A DNA stretch of 61,535 bases, the filler included, from Choristocarpus tenellus KU-1152 (Eukaryota; Protista; Phaeophyceae), in NCBI GenBank assembly GCA_964200185.2. It is 8 parts of 8 records of this genome, joined end to end, with 100 filler letters (N's around TTAATTAATTAA, not from the genome) between each part and the next. Parts side by side here need not be neighbours in the genome. Positions count along the whole stretch, not along the records: positions 1 to 11,148 come from CAXNAD020002482.1; positions 11,249 to 18,415 come from CAXNAD020006590.1; 6 more parts are not named here. One strand, 5' to 3'. Of the stretch, positions 1-13,047 are shown in pieces (positions within the stretch are counted from its first letter, which is position 1; each line of letters opens with the position of its first letter). The notes under the pieces were generated by a model. That model worked only from the letters and a program-made list of their open reading frames with translations. It made no database searches and was not told the DNA's origin. A program made the translations under genes and the position numbers.

Positions 1-60
1 GGACGGGGGAGGGGGGGGGGGGGGGGGGGCGAGAGGGGGTAGGGGGGCGGGGTTGGGGGG

Positions 61-303
61 GGAAGTGGGGGGGTTTCAAAGTGGTTCAAGTCTAAGAGAA
101 GAAAACCTGCTGAAATTGCAAGTACTGGCCCTGATGGCTGGATTCCCCGATCACATGTCCCTGCAAGAGAGGAAAGACCAAGAAGGGCTGCTGCTTTAGC
201 TGCACCCCCTGAGGCCTTCTTCCGGGAGTCTAGTATGGCAGGACACAGGAACTCTGAGCGCTCTCGAAAGCAGACTTCAATCAAACCTTTTGTGTCATTG
301 TAA
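61..303 (+). CDS. Possible 3'-terminal coding exon of a gene entering from the left edge
   Basis: Stop-free frame (...VSKWFKSKRRKPAEIASTGPDGWIPRSH...KPFVSL*) ending at TAA 301-303. The upstream poly-G run is unreliable and no domain was recognised. Confidence 0.3.
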   Translation, partial: GSGGVSKWFKSKRRKPAEIASTGPDGWIPRSHVPAREERPRRAAALAAPPEAFFRESSMAGHRNSERSRKQTSIKPFVSL

Positions 304-1114
304 TGATGATGTTGAGATCATGTTAATATTCTGTCAGAAGAACCAGCACAGGTCAACTTTGTCACTGAGTGTTGCAATTGTCGCACGTGATTGTGATGCA
401 AGTAGAAGCAGACGATTTTGTGTGACCAAGTCAATGCTCAAGGAGGGCACCCATGGGTTTCCTTTTTAGACCGTAGATGTGTCTGTGGGTGTCCAGAGTA
501 AGGATACCTACCACACACATCGATTGTGATGCACTCTTACATATTAGGATTACTGAACATAGTCTATTTGTTTTAATAGAAAAATAGAACTAGGCTCCAA
601 TCTCAACACGAGTCACATTGGAATGTGTCTTAACTCGCTTCATTTCAATGTTTCACTTTGAAGTACTGCATATTGATTGAACTAGGCTGAATAAGATGGA
701 CCGTGATGAACATACACAGGGCGCTTGACCTCCAAGTGAACCCCCTTGGTCTTCTTCCCACATTATGTAAGCAATATATTAAGTCTACAGGTAGACAACG
801 AGTAAAATCTGTAATCAATCCTCCATACTCACAGACTCAGGACTTGTTGCAGGATCTCTGCTCTTCTTCCCTCAGCTTGATCAGTCACATCAATGTTCCA
901 CTCAGTACCACTGCACCACGTTGCATCTTACTGGTCTCAATACATAATTAATTGTGCTGAGTGTAACCCTATATGATATAGATTCGAAGACTTTTGTAAC
1001 AAGATACTTGCCTCAATTTAGATAAACAGTGCACACATAACTGGAGTGCAAACGCTAGCCACATGCACTGACCCTAGACAAGCTGGTGAATGTTACTTTG
1101 TCTAAAGCGCAAAA

Positions 1115-2521
1115 TCACATTCCCTTGGTGCCCTTATTTACAAGTTGATCCTTGAGACACCTTGCAGTCACCCCCACAGGCACTGTGAACACAAAGTACA
1201 GTGCTGGTACAAAGGATGCCAAAGACTGCCCTAGCAATAGCACATCCCCCTGAGGGTAGTGCCAAAGTCCAAAGAGACTCATTATTACTGCCTCTAATGG
1301 GGGTGCTGATATTGCTGCAAGTGCTGTGATGGCCAGGCCCACAACAGTGCCATCAAAAACAAACCACATCATCGCACCAACTAGCCCCATAATGGCAAGG
1401 ATGCTTGTGTACAGACTACCCCCCGTATACAGCAGTGCTGAAAGTTGATTGGACAACGCTGTTGCGCCAAAAGCCGCTGCTACTACAATGGGGGTGGGTG
1501 AGCGGCATTTTGCGAGAAAGGGAGAGAACAAAGAGGCGGAGGAGGGAAGTGGGGGCAACTGGGACACTGGAGAAAAGGTGGTGGGGAGTGGGTCAAGCTC
1601 ATCAGAAGTTTTATTAGAGGTATATCGCTCGTAAGTATCACCAAGTATGAAAAGGGTGCCCACAACAGCGAAGAAAGCAGCAAGCAGCGGTGGTACGAAA
1701 ACGTTGGTGCACCAGTCCAGCTGTGGGATGTACACTGTTGAGATGCAGGCAGAGGAGTGTGGGGGTCAAGGGTATCGAGGAAGGTGGGCGAATTAATTCA
1801 TTTCAGAAACAACATTGGCGCTCGACATGTATGTGCAGACAGCAACTTGACTCGTTCTCGGTTATGGAGTACGGAGAAAATATCAATACTGTAGACGTAA
1901 CGCTTAAGAAGTGTCGAAGAATAGTCTGCAGGGTAGGCGTATGGTTACGAGAGAAGTCTTGAATATATCCGTAAGTCTAGTCAAAATCCGTAACAGCATG
2001 CTGTGTCACACCAGTTATCTGCATTCTTATTGAGCATGCAAAACATTGGCAGTATCACTCAAACCCCACACACCAATGTTGGCACCTACAATCGCTACAA
2101 GGATAACCAGTAATATATTCGAGGCGCCCAAAAGGTGAAACAACCTCCGACACGTTTCCCTACCTTTCCCGACATCGTAAACAACAATGGCGACCCTAGA
2201 ATGGAAGGCATCTAAGGCCGGACCAAGCACAGATCCTGCCAGCGCCATCCACCCAGCTGAAGGAGCGAAGTCCCATAAATCACTTCGGAGGGCATGCCAA
2301 ACACTTTTCTCGACCACGGGGCCTTCCATCAGAGGCGGCGAAGCTTTCATTTGGAACAGGTCTTGCTTACGTTGATTTGACCAAGACAAGGAAGTTTCAT
2401 GGAAACGCTTGCTTGCCAAACAGCATTTCGGAGATAATGGGGTGCTTCCCAAGAGGAACGAGTGAGACAGTTGTTGCCCATACACTGCGAAAACAAGTGT
2501 CCAGTTGGCGAGGAAACGCAT
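1115..2521 (-). CDS. INSIG-like multi-pass membrane protein, probably plastid-targeted; complement(join(1115..1734,2164..2521)), 325 aa
   Basis: A phase-1 GT-AG intron joins ...LGPALDAFHSRVAIVVYDVGK to VYIPQLDWCTNVFVPPLLAAFF..., a motif pattern of the plant/algal INSIG-like family. Several TM helices. The N-terminus MRFLANWTLVFAVYGQQLSHS-FLL resembles a signal peptide + ASAF-type motif. Confidence 0.75.
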
Positions 2522-3882
2522 CGTCAAGCAGAACGACAATACCAATGTACACCACAATACACACACAAAAATGTCCAGAGTCAGCCACCGCTACGTAGCG
2601 CTATAAGACTTGATTAAGTTGTCAATCCTACTACGAGTAAACACCCTGTAGTATTTTCAACTCTTTCTATTATATTATTATCTATCATTGACTTGGATTT
2701 CTGAATGTGGGTGGCGACGTCAGCCACCAGGTCGTGTTGACAGGGGCAATGGCGAGGACAACGTCAGGAACAACAGGAGATCAATTCCAATGTGAATTTG
2801 AGAAGTCTGCAAGAAAGTGCGCGCAACTGCACGAGAAAGATGCGCGCCGAAAAGCCCCAACAACAATAATAATCGAATAGGACAAGATGGAGGTTAAGGG
2901 AGGGTTTGAGTTGGGAGAACTCACAACACGACCCAACCAATGAAAACCACACGAGATATCTCAGACTGAGAAAAATGTAAGGAAGGAGCTGGAGATCCGT
3001 TTGACGACCAGCACAACGAAATCAATAGGAGGATCCTCGACAAAGACTGTCGACAAGAGGGATCCTACTGGAGGTGTCTTCAGACTCAGCAAACAAAAGA
3101 CTCTCGACCTGAGATGTGCCACCAGAGGTGTGCCTCACATCTATCCACACCTCTTGTAACATTGGCACAACTCAACAAACCCTCCAAAATGAAAACAAAA
3201 TGGAAATGGGTGACAATATTGATGTGGGGCTGTCATCTCCATGGAGCCACAACAAAAATCAGATGACATAAAACCAGAGATTAATGTGTAGAAGAAACGT
3301 ATATATGGAGTGATGGGGCGAGAGGAAGAGTGAATTGCAGATTGTTTCAAATCATGTACCAGTAGTGGTGATTTGTACATGGACTAAAGAATATGCCTCT
3401 CTTTGTGTCGTACCTGTATCTCCAAGTGGTTGATGATGTTTATATACGTTTGCATGGTCGAATACTTGGTTGTGTGAAGATATTGCAGTGTTTAATTTGC
3501 AGTTGGGTGGGGTAGTGTCAGAATCCTTTTATGTGTAAACTCCTACGTACTGCTATTATGTTCTTCTTCACTGGTTCACTTTTTTGCATGCCAACTCCAG
3601 TGATCAAAGATTCATCGCTGTCTATAAATACGAAATTGATTTTGGTTTCCACGATCAATTGATGCACGTACACGGCCCACATGCAAATAAACAAAAAATA
3701 ATAATACCATTAACAATACACCTTTGGAGAATAATAAAAATACCCATGATTGTTGGTTTCGTGTACACACCTTGGCAAGCAAGCATGGTGGGTAGTATGA
3801 TATTAATATGAGATAGCACCAGTCCCAACATTTACAGTGGAACAGTCAGTCCAAGTCAGAGTGGTGTTCGAGTTGCCTTGGG

Positions 3883-6800
3883 TTATATAGAATTTGTGTT
3901 ATCCTCTCCTTGCTCCAAGAGATTTTGCCCATACACAGTCAAGAGAGCCTCACTAAAATGGTTCCTTTCATTCTGAAGATCTATTCCTGGATTCTTGAGG
4001 ACCAAATTGTCCAATTTTTGTACCTGCCTTAGTAGGAACTGCTGATGTATTTCACTGTGGGGGTTGAAAGGTCGATGCTCCTTTGCCCGCAATAAACTCT
4101 CAACCTTGAAGGAGAAGGTTGAAGGATTGGTACAGGGTTAGGATAAGGGTGGGACAAGGGGATGGGACTGGTACTACTGACTATATTTATTGCCTTGGTT
4201 GAGACTGAACCTGCCCCAGTTGATGTCTATGCACAGATAAAGTAAGAAATGGAGTTTCTGATGGAAGCTACAACAACCATACTAACCCTTACTCTGGAGT
4301 AGATGGTGATAACCAGGAAAGAACCTTAAGGAGTAAGGAAAAACTGAACAAAAAGGTGCAGCCTCGCGAAATTTCATGCCACCATTGTATTGTATATGGG
4401 CAATATATGTCCCACAAGTCTGTTCCTTTATTCACATAACTCTTCGGGATGACCTCCGATTTAAAAACGGATTTTTGTGTTGGATTCCTCGGGAAAATGT
4501 ATGTAAGATGTGTTATATTTGAAAAAATATATCCCAAAATTGTTCTGAAAATATGGAACAGAGGTTAGGCGGACATAGGCCCACAAGAAGGCACTGAATT
4601 GGTGGATTGACGGTGTTGAGTGAAAGCGAGGAAATGCCTTCTAATGCAAAAAACGTCAAGGAATCCAAAGCAAAAATCCGTTTTGAAATCGGAGGTCATC
4701 TCAAAGATTTACATGCGTAAAGGAACAGACTTATGGGACAGAGGGAGCATACAACAAGTGTTATGCTGCAGGAAAAAAAAATGATCAACTGCAAAGTGAA
4801 TCAATGAGCAGTTGTTTTTTTTTGTCGGGAGGAGGAATACTGATCACAGGTTTGGTTGAAGGGACACACCTCTGAGCTAAACAGGGCCCGTGGGTGGTGC
4901 TTCTCAATGAGAGCTATGATAGTACTCTTGAGTAAAACAGTATAAAACAGTACCCTGTATGAACCTTCTCCAGCAAAATGCTTTTCTGGTGCACAGTCTG
5001 TTTCAAAACTAGCTAAAAACGTTGGAGTACATACCCTACAGGCTGTCACTGCTACACATACCCTAGAGCTCACCTCCTTGCTGGTGGTGATGGCTGAAGC
5101 TGAGAACATAGACTCCATCAGCTTTTGCAAAATGTAGTTCACGGCAACATTATTTGGGTGGATCATGTCTGCCTCGAAGAATCGGTAGTCTCTGCAATCA
5201 CAAGCAGGGGTCAGGAATTAGGCAGAGGGATCATTGCGCTTGTCAATGCGGTTTTCATCTCTAGCAGTTTGAGAAATGCTCGTAGTTCAAGTTTGGATGA
5301 TAATGAGAAATAACATCGAGATAAGGGCCCTTGCCTAAAAGCAGAAAAGGAGACAGTGCATGATTCCAGTTGTTGGTCATCTGCAGGTGTGTTGTGCGTG
5401 GAATGGGCTATACAAATATATGGGAGTATAGAAGGACACACATGGGAGTATTCAGAGCAATAAACATACACAAAGGGAATGAGGGCAACATCAAGAACTA
5501 TCTCGAGAAGATAATTCTATGGTAATATTGAGTCTTTCAGGGACTGAAAAAACACACTTCGAGGAGAAGAAACTTAATAGTCCATAGGCTATCAATATCG
5601 CTTCTCGTGTAGACTTGAAAAAAAAAAATTGAGTTATTTGGGCCTTTCCCCAAGCTCGTTTAAGCAAAGTCCACAAAAAAGGTTGATTCCTACCACGAAA
5701 ATACTAACCCGGCACATAAGACGTCAGAATTTCAATTTCAATTCACATGATGTGGGTGAGCAAACCTCAAGTCATCGTTGACAATCTCGAAGGATGGGAA
5801 GTACTCGAGGTTCCCAATATCTTTGCTTGTCCCTCTGATGCCATGGGCTCGACCCTCTCTCAGTTCCACAAGCTCGTGTGCAGCGGACAATAGATGGGCC
5901 TTGCTCCTCATGTTGCAAGCTGCTCCATCGCGCCAGTGACGTACTGGGCTAACTGTGATAACAACATGGCAACCTGGGTTGCATTCTGCAAGTGTAGACA
6001 GGGCTTCATCGAGTCTGGAAACAATCTCCCTCACAGGCACAATCCTCTTTTCGAATAAAGCTTGTGGGAGTTTGTGGCAATTGGCTACATCTCTTCCTGT
6101 CTAGAAAGTTAACACCAAGAGATTACCAGAAAAATTGAAGAAGAGGGGGGGGGGGGGCTAGATCTTAGGTAACATGACTGTAGTACGTTGATTTGTAGAG
6201 TTGACTCCTATACAAAAGCCATGCGTGAAAGTTGTGATTGATCAAATCAATCGAATTACCTCAATGTTACCTCTGTGTTGCGGAATACCCAAGCGCTCCC
6301 CAGGGTGATAAATACGCACTTGGATGAGAGGAGATCCTCTTGTGCCCCTCTTAATGCTTTGTTTATCCCCTCAACGCATGCTTCCCTGCGAGAGAAGATG
6401 TCAGATTGAGTTAAATGCAGCAGACTTGGGCGCCTAACCCGCCAGGAGTGAGAGGATCCCAAATTACACAATCGGGAAGATCACTCCTCCCTGTTTGCAT
6501 ATTCACCAAATCATTGTCGCTCTTCGCACATTATAGCGAGTGCTTGAGAATCATTTGTGTCCCACCTCTTCCAGCAATGTCAAATTGGTATTAGGTGCAC
6601 AAGGAGTCCACTATTTAGTGCTTATGTCTTTGGGCATAGACGTAATCAAAAGGACCTCAGAAGGTGTATGGGCACATTTAGAAGGTCCTTGTCAGTCTAC
6701 TTGCATGGGAACATGTACGGGTGAGGCTGCGAACGGAGGGTCAAACCTGTTTGTGCTAGAGAAGTGACTGTGATGGTCAAGGCTGCACCAGAGGCCAGTA

Positions 6801-7216
6801 TCTTTGTTGAATACGAGATCCTCCTGTCCATAGGGTAGGCCTGCACACGCCCTCTTTAACGACGAAGCGACCGAAAGTGGGCTGAACAAGATACCGTGGG
6901 AGGGGTTGACGGCGACTTCATACTTCAACCGAGCAAGTCTCTCGCCTATGTTGTCACTAAAGCAAGAGCCCAGTAGGGTGAAGGTATCGTCGTAACCAAA
7001 ACGTCGGTCCAGGGGGGTTGGCTTGACATGAACCTCTGTTCGAAACGTTTGAGCCGCTTCTCTCTCGCTGTTCAAGGCTGTATCTATGCGTTCATCAACT
7101 TGTGAGCGTCGATGTCGGACCCCTGGTTGTGAATGCGTCCACAGTCGAGTCTCGAGGTAGGCGGAAGCCAAGAACGGGCAGGCGATGACTATCACTATAC
7201 CGAAAAATATTCTCAT
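3883..7216 (-). CDS. GSCFA-family (SGNH-hydrolase-like) protein; complement(join(3883..4104,5074..5191,5766..6100,6271..6385,6747..7216)), 419 aa
   Basis: All four introns are GT-AG and phase-consistent (1260 nt total). Family motifs: LGSCFS, NPSHGILFSP, ITLGSAW, VANCHKLP, TVSPVRH, YFPSFEIVNDDLRDYRFF, DMIHPN. N-terminal signal peptide ends in ASA-YL. Confidence 0.92.
4408..4747. mobile_element. Stowaway-like (Tc1/mariner-type) MITE in GSCFA intron 4
   Basis: ~80-bp imperfect inverted repeats at 4408-4489 and 4659-4740. The right end TGGGACAGAGGGAG is the reverse complement of CTCCCTCTGTCCCA, a Stowaway-type terminus. The left terminus is eroded. Confidence 0.65.
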
Positions 7217-7484
7217 AACCTACCACCCAAAACTTATTGTGGTCTGTAATATCGCTTCTCCTGTGATGTTGGATGGGATGTACTCCTAATCAATTGTTAG
7301 TTTGATTTGTGACACATGTTGGAGGCTTTTTTTCCAACTAGAGTTACAAGTTGAAGGTTTTGTAAAATCAGGCCATTCTACCATTTGAACTTGGTGAAGG
7401 AAAGGTAAATCCAATAGGTGACCAAGTGATCCTATGTGGTAAGGATCTGACGGAAGCCCTTGACAATAATCTCTGGCATCAGAA

Positions 7485-10400
7485 ATGGAGAATGGTACTT
7501 CACGGAGATTGAGTCAGGGATGGTGAGTATATAGTATATACGAGAGGGTGCTTTGCGGGGAGTCGGAGATGGGATGGGAATGATGCAGGCGTGACCCGTT
7601 CCGTGGTAAGCAAGATGGAGCTCGATTGATTACTATGCTATGATATATGAATACTCTCACTCTGTCACCTTTTCCATTTTTGTACTATGGACTGAAACCG
7701 CATGTCGCTGGTTGCGTATTCCAATCAGTCAAGCCGCTCAGCATTTCAGTCAGGTGGTAGCGCAAGGTCCCACCGAAATACCTGATCGAGACGAAATGTC
7801 TGCTGCCCTTGCAAGTGTTCTTCCCACTGAAGCAACTGCACTTACAGAGATGGCAGGGAGTAATACCAACTCCTCTCCTCCAGTGTCACAGGTGCCTCAA
7901 CTACTGAAATACCGCATCTGTCACGATGCAGACTTGATCTTTCATGACCAGGGAGGATATTTTACATTACAAACACACTGCTGCGTAACAGAAATCAGTT
8001 GCTTTCTTCATACTCCAATAATTGCGACGGCTTTTCGACCTCCCCATATGGCTCGATTACGCTTAGAGATCGTACCAAGGATGTACCCCACTCCGCCGCT
8101 GGTGATGCTCTGCCCGAGGGGTATCGAGTCATCCACGTACCCCCAGGTTCTTTATTGAACAATCCCCTCGTCGCACTTGTTTAACGTTCCCTACAGGGCA
8201 GCAGTGCCGAGGCTGCGAATGCATCTGCTTGCCAACCGAACGGCGGACTAAGTCAGGATGGCAGAACGAACACGGGCAGTGGCGGCGGCTCGTGGTCGGG
8301 ATGGGCACTGTGGCCATTGTGGGGTACCATTGATGCATTAAAGTGGGCTGGACAAACAGTGAATGAAAGGGCAGTGGCACCTGTCGTACGATATGCGAGC
8401 CCAATGGGGTGGATGGAGTCCCTCTTTGGTACTGTCAAGGGGCTCACACCACAGCGCGCCCGTGACCTTGCCCGCGTCGTTGGGAATGCGACCTTCAACG
8501 CTGCAGGGCTGACCCAAACACCCTCGGGAAGGTGTTTCATGACGGCTAATGGGCAGGCAACGAGATCGTTCGCCAGTGCCGTCTCCTCCCCAGCAGGGCG
8601 CCAGTTTGTACTGGACTATGCTGCAGGATTTGTGAAGGTTGCTGAGGCGCTGGACACTCCAGAAGCCAAGGACGCCATCCAGCAGGGGGCTGTAGTTGTG
8701 GCCAGACTCATGGATCTGCTGTCCAGTCGCCACACAAAAATCTTCTTGCAGGTCAGGCACGGCAGTGTTGGCAAGGGTGGCAGGGGTGGCAGGAGGGTCA
8801 TGAGTCTGGACCCTTTATTGTACAATTTTTGTTCACTGTCCTGGGAACCTTGCTTCTTGTTCATGAGGGTAGTGGCCTGTTCTCTCACTCAGGATTCTAC
8901 ATAGCATTACGTGATCCACAGGGGAGGTGTTTGTAAGAGCTCAGTGAACACACTGGTTGCCTCTTTCTGGCTCCTTTACGCAATACTGTAACACACCTTT
9001 CTAGGCAGAGTTATTTGTGCATTGTTGCTGCTGTTCAGTCTAGATTTTGAGGTTGTCCTGTCATGGGAACTATGCTTAGATACATGAAGTTGGTGGTTGT
9101 GGGCTCGCACAAAGACAAATGTGCTAGTTGTAGGTTACCAGAACTCAACCTTCCAGTTAGGAAGCTAGTAGTGGGGTGGGTGAGATGGCTACAGGGTTGT
9201 TCAGTATGTATACAAACTCTTGGCCATAGATATCTAAGCAGTCTGCCTTTTGGAGTTGCGTAGTTGCTTTGTACACATACGCCCACATAGTTGATTTGCC
9301 CAGTTTGCATGCCCCTACACAGGTGTTCTCTGCATATTCCCATCCTGCACATTGTTTACTTTTATTCCATTTGGCATGTGGGTCTCCTTCCCCTGACTGC
9401 TTATTCCCTATGTAGTCCTTGACCTCGCTTGGTTCAGCTCCTATGCTCAGCACATCCCAAGAGGAGTTTTGTCACTGTACCCAACACAAGTTTAGTCCCT
9501 TGCCCATACTCTCCATGTTTAACCTGTACCCCTGCATATATTCCTTGTCCCTTGAATAAATATATATTTGGTTACAGGACTTAACCAATGCCTTATGCCG
9601 TGCAGTAGAGCTTGCAAACTCCTCAGAGGCTACAGTACTGATTGCTGAGCTCACTGCCAATGTGGTCCATGCACTTGAAATGGAGCACATAGCTGAGAAC
9701 ATCAACACCTCAGCAGTTGGTGCTGGGGAGGGAGGCAGGGATGGTGAGGCAGGAGGTAAGGAAAGGACACCTGATGCTCACACTGTGATGACACCAGCAT
9801 CAGTAGCAGCACCAGTGTCAATGACTGAAGGTCTTGGAGGTGGGTCAGTTGTGGGACCTTGGGAGGCTGGTGGTGGTGGAGAGACGAGCCTGTTTACTGG
9901 AGGAGGGCTTCACCTAGATGGGGGCAAAGACTACCAAGAGGCAATCGCACTCAAATTTACCAACCCTAGCACACCTCTGCGCAGTATACCAATAATGGAG
10001 TCGCACAAAAGGGGTGAAATGGTTACAGGAGCTGATGACAGAGGCCTCAATAACAGAGCTGGAAGAGGAGGGGAATTGGGGCTAGGGGGTCGTGGGGGGG
10101 ACAGGAAGAGGGATTGGGGTGGAGGTGGGGGGGCATTGCCTGGCATAGACCAATTCAGTGGAGGTAGTGGTAAAGATGAGAGCCAAAGTGTCAGGCAGGG
10201 CACTCAAAGAAGTGTTGATGCCTGCATTATGCCAGGTGTAAATACTGCCTCCTCAATTCAAGGCACCTCCCAGACTTCTGGCGGAGACCCAGCCAGAGAT
10301 TTGGACACTACTGCTGCAAGGGATGTTAACGTGTTCTTGGAGGATGCTCCGCTTCCCAGTAACCGTGAAACCAGAGTCCAAAGCTGTAGGGGTGGCGTTG

Positions 10401-10859
10401 GCCTTGGTCCAGGCACCCTTCCAGAGTTACAATTCCCACCGCACAACTGCAGACAAGATCACCGTGTCAGTAACCCTCTCCCATCAACATCAGTCATGGG
10501 AAGTGGAGAAGTTCACCCCCTGCCACGGACAAAAGAGGAGGACGGAGGCGTTTCTATGCGTCCGGGACAACGCATCCGAGATGGTAGAGCAGTGCTTCCA
10601 CGATTTGCTCGCGAGCACTTTGAGAAAGTCTTAGCCCGTCGCCCCAGGGCTCTCCAGCAGGAGGTTGATCCCCAAGATGCAGAAGGCGTGGATGAGCTCT
10701 TTAGACAGACTGCCCAGAATCGACGAAGGGAGCTTGGCGAAGGTGTGAGCAGAAGAGGAGGAGGAGAAGACCAGGAAGAGTTCGCTAGGGAGCACGGTGC
10801 TGGTGGAGGTGCCAGTGGAGGTGAGGGTAGATCAAGGAGGACACCCCCATCTTCACCAG
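7485..10859 (+). CDS. Uncharacterised multi-exon protein; join(7485..7522,7729..7891,8197..8751,9578..>=10859), 3' end uncertain
   Basis: Phase-consistent GT-AG introns link ORFs 7640, 8317 and 9662. A helical core (exon 3 and the start of exon 4) is followed by a G/E/R-rich low-complexity tail. No recognised domain. Confidence 0.65.
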
Positions 10860-11148
10860 GTTGGAAGGGGGTATTGTTTTTTGTTGTATACACTGCCTCG
10901 GCCTTGTATGGGCTAAATTCAGGTATTGGTGCGGTCAGAGGGTGGGTGTGGTCAACTGTGGTTATGTCATTTGGAAGCAGAAGTATGGAGCAAGCTTCAA
11001 TCTCCACAGGTATCACCACGCTACCCTTGCACCTTGCCCTCCCAGCAGTATGCCGTAACCCTATTTCAGGAGTCATAATGGAGGTTCAGGTTACACCATG
11101 GGGGGCATGTATCACTGAAGGAGACGATAAGATGGAAGAAGGAAATGG

Positions 11149-11248
11149 NNNNNNNNNNNNNNNNNNNNNNNNNNNNNNNNNNNNNNNNNNNNTTAATTAA
11201 TTAANNNNNNNNNNNNNNNNNNNNNNNNNNNNNNNNNNNNNNNNNNNN
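11149..11248. other. Artificial contig linker
   Basis: 44N + TTAATTAATTAA + 44N (stops in all six frames). Identical linkers at 18416-18515, 25777-25876, 29816-29915, 35476-35575, 47337-47436 and 52214-52313. Confidence 0.97.
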
Positions 11249-13000
11249 GAGTTTGATCCAGGGGGGTCAACTAGTCCGAAAGCAACGTCAGAGGAGGATG
11301 TTGTAGCATTTGATGAGCTTGCCCAGGGTGGGGCTGGAGCATTTGTCACTACCCCATGGGGGCTGGGTGGGGATGGAGTCTTGGAGGAGAAGCAAGACGA
11401 CTTTGGACTGAGCACTGAAGATTTGGTGCTGGAGGAAATTTCTTTGGGATCGGAAAAAGAGGTTACAGCGGAAAAGATTTCAAAAGGCGTGTCTTCGGAA
11501 AAAGTGGGTTTGGATTTGGAAAATGGAAGTACTGATGGGATGCTGAACACTGGTGCTGGTGGTATGGATCCACCTACGTCACAGCAGGGGAGTGGTGGAA
11601 AGTTGTTACTGCGACTAGTGGATCATAACCACGACCCCCCATCTGAACCTGGTGAATCGTTGGAACGGACGGCAGGTCTACTTGCGGGTGGGAAAGATAA
11701 ACCCCTCCCACCAGAACCCAAGACCATGAGAGCGGCGACAGAGTGTGAGGAGTGGGATTTGTGGAAAGCTGCTATTCATGAAGAAGTGGATGATCTGGAT
11801 AGCTGGGGAGTGTGGATTCAAGTACCTCGTTCCACTGATGGTCACAAGGCACTAGGGACAAAGATGGTTTTTGACTGAGGCAGATGGATGGCAAAGGGAG
11901 AGTGCAGAGGTCCAAGGCGGGACTAAGATAACTAATATTTTCTTCTGGTGGAAACTTTGCTGGAAATGGGCTTGGAACAATCTGAGGCAGATTCGTGTCT
12001 ATTCAGAATGGTTGAGGAAGGTGGTATACAATGGACTCCTATTATGGCTAGACCTGATGTATCATTTGCAGTTAGAGAGTTGGCTTTGTGTGTGGAGAAT
12101 CCAAGTTTGACTGATTGGTCGAATACTAGGAGAGTGATTGGGTACCTATTGGGTACTAGAGAACATGGAATTACCTTTGGTGATTTTGGATTTTATGGTA
12201 ATGGACCAAGGGATCAGTTAATTGGTTATACTGATGCTGATTATAGTAATTGTAAAGAGAGTAGATTGTCTATTTCAAGTGGTGTTGTGATGTTTGGGGG
12301 AGGATGTGTCGATTGGTGGTCGAGAAAGCAGAAAACAGTTACACTGTCTACTGCTGAGGCTGAGTATGTTGCATTGTGTGATTTGGCGAAAGAGGTTATG
12401 TTCTTGCAACAAGTACAATATTTTTTTGAGCCAACTGTACACGAGTATTGTGTACGATTGTTTGAAGACAATAGTGGGGCAATCAAGTTGGCTGAGAAGA
12501 CAGCTTCAGGGGGTAGGACAAAACATATAGATATCAGATATCATTATGTTAGAAACCTAGTGAAAGAGGGGAAGGTAAAGATTATGTATGTAAACTCTGG
12601 TGAACAACATGGAGATTTGTTCACGAAGTCTTTGAGTGGTAATGTGTTTGAGTTTCACACTAGAACTATCATGCACTGTGAGTAAGGGGTAGTGTGCAGA
12701 TTGAGTTCATTGGATTCATGATGAATGGACTGAGCAGGGGAGTGTGTCATGAGTTTGTTTGTCCATGTGTGGAATTAAGATTTGAAGTTTACAGGATAAG
12801 TTGATTTCAAGTTGGGTTTTATTGTTGGACTGATTTGATTCTCACTGCATAGTCAGAGCAGGGGAGTGTGTCAAGATTATGCTTGACCATTTGTGAGAAT
12901 ATGATTTGAAGTATTATTTTATGTACGCACAGAAGATAATGCGGACGGTAGAGTACGACAAAGTATGACATGTGGCGAGCATATGAAGGAAGGACGAAAC
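11249..13000 (+). mobile_element. Ty1/Copia LTR retrotransposon remnant: RT with internal deletion, RNase H, PPT, start of 3' LTR
   Basis: EPKTM...WKAAIHEEVDDL...W (RT start), SEADSCLF, RPDVSFAV, GYTDADY, SRKQKTVTLSTAEAEYVAL, FEDNSGAI, RTKHIDIRYHYVR, DLFTKSL. PPT GAGCAGGGGAG followed by TG at 12732 and 12856. The LTR right end is approximate. Confidence 0.92.
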
Positions 13001-13047
13001 ATGATTCAGTAGTATTTCATTAATGCGTAAGGGTGAGAGAGAGTGTC

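Noticed and set aside
302-368. C/D-box snoRNA (ATGATGA ... CTGA)
   Set aside because: Short motifs expected by chance, overlapping a probable stop codon and 3' UTR; no convincing stem or guide.
2749-3190. Small Cys-containing ORFs divergent from the INSIG-like gene
   Set aside because: No consistent start or splice model and no recognisable domain.
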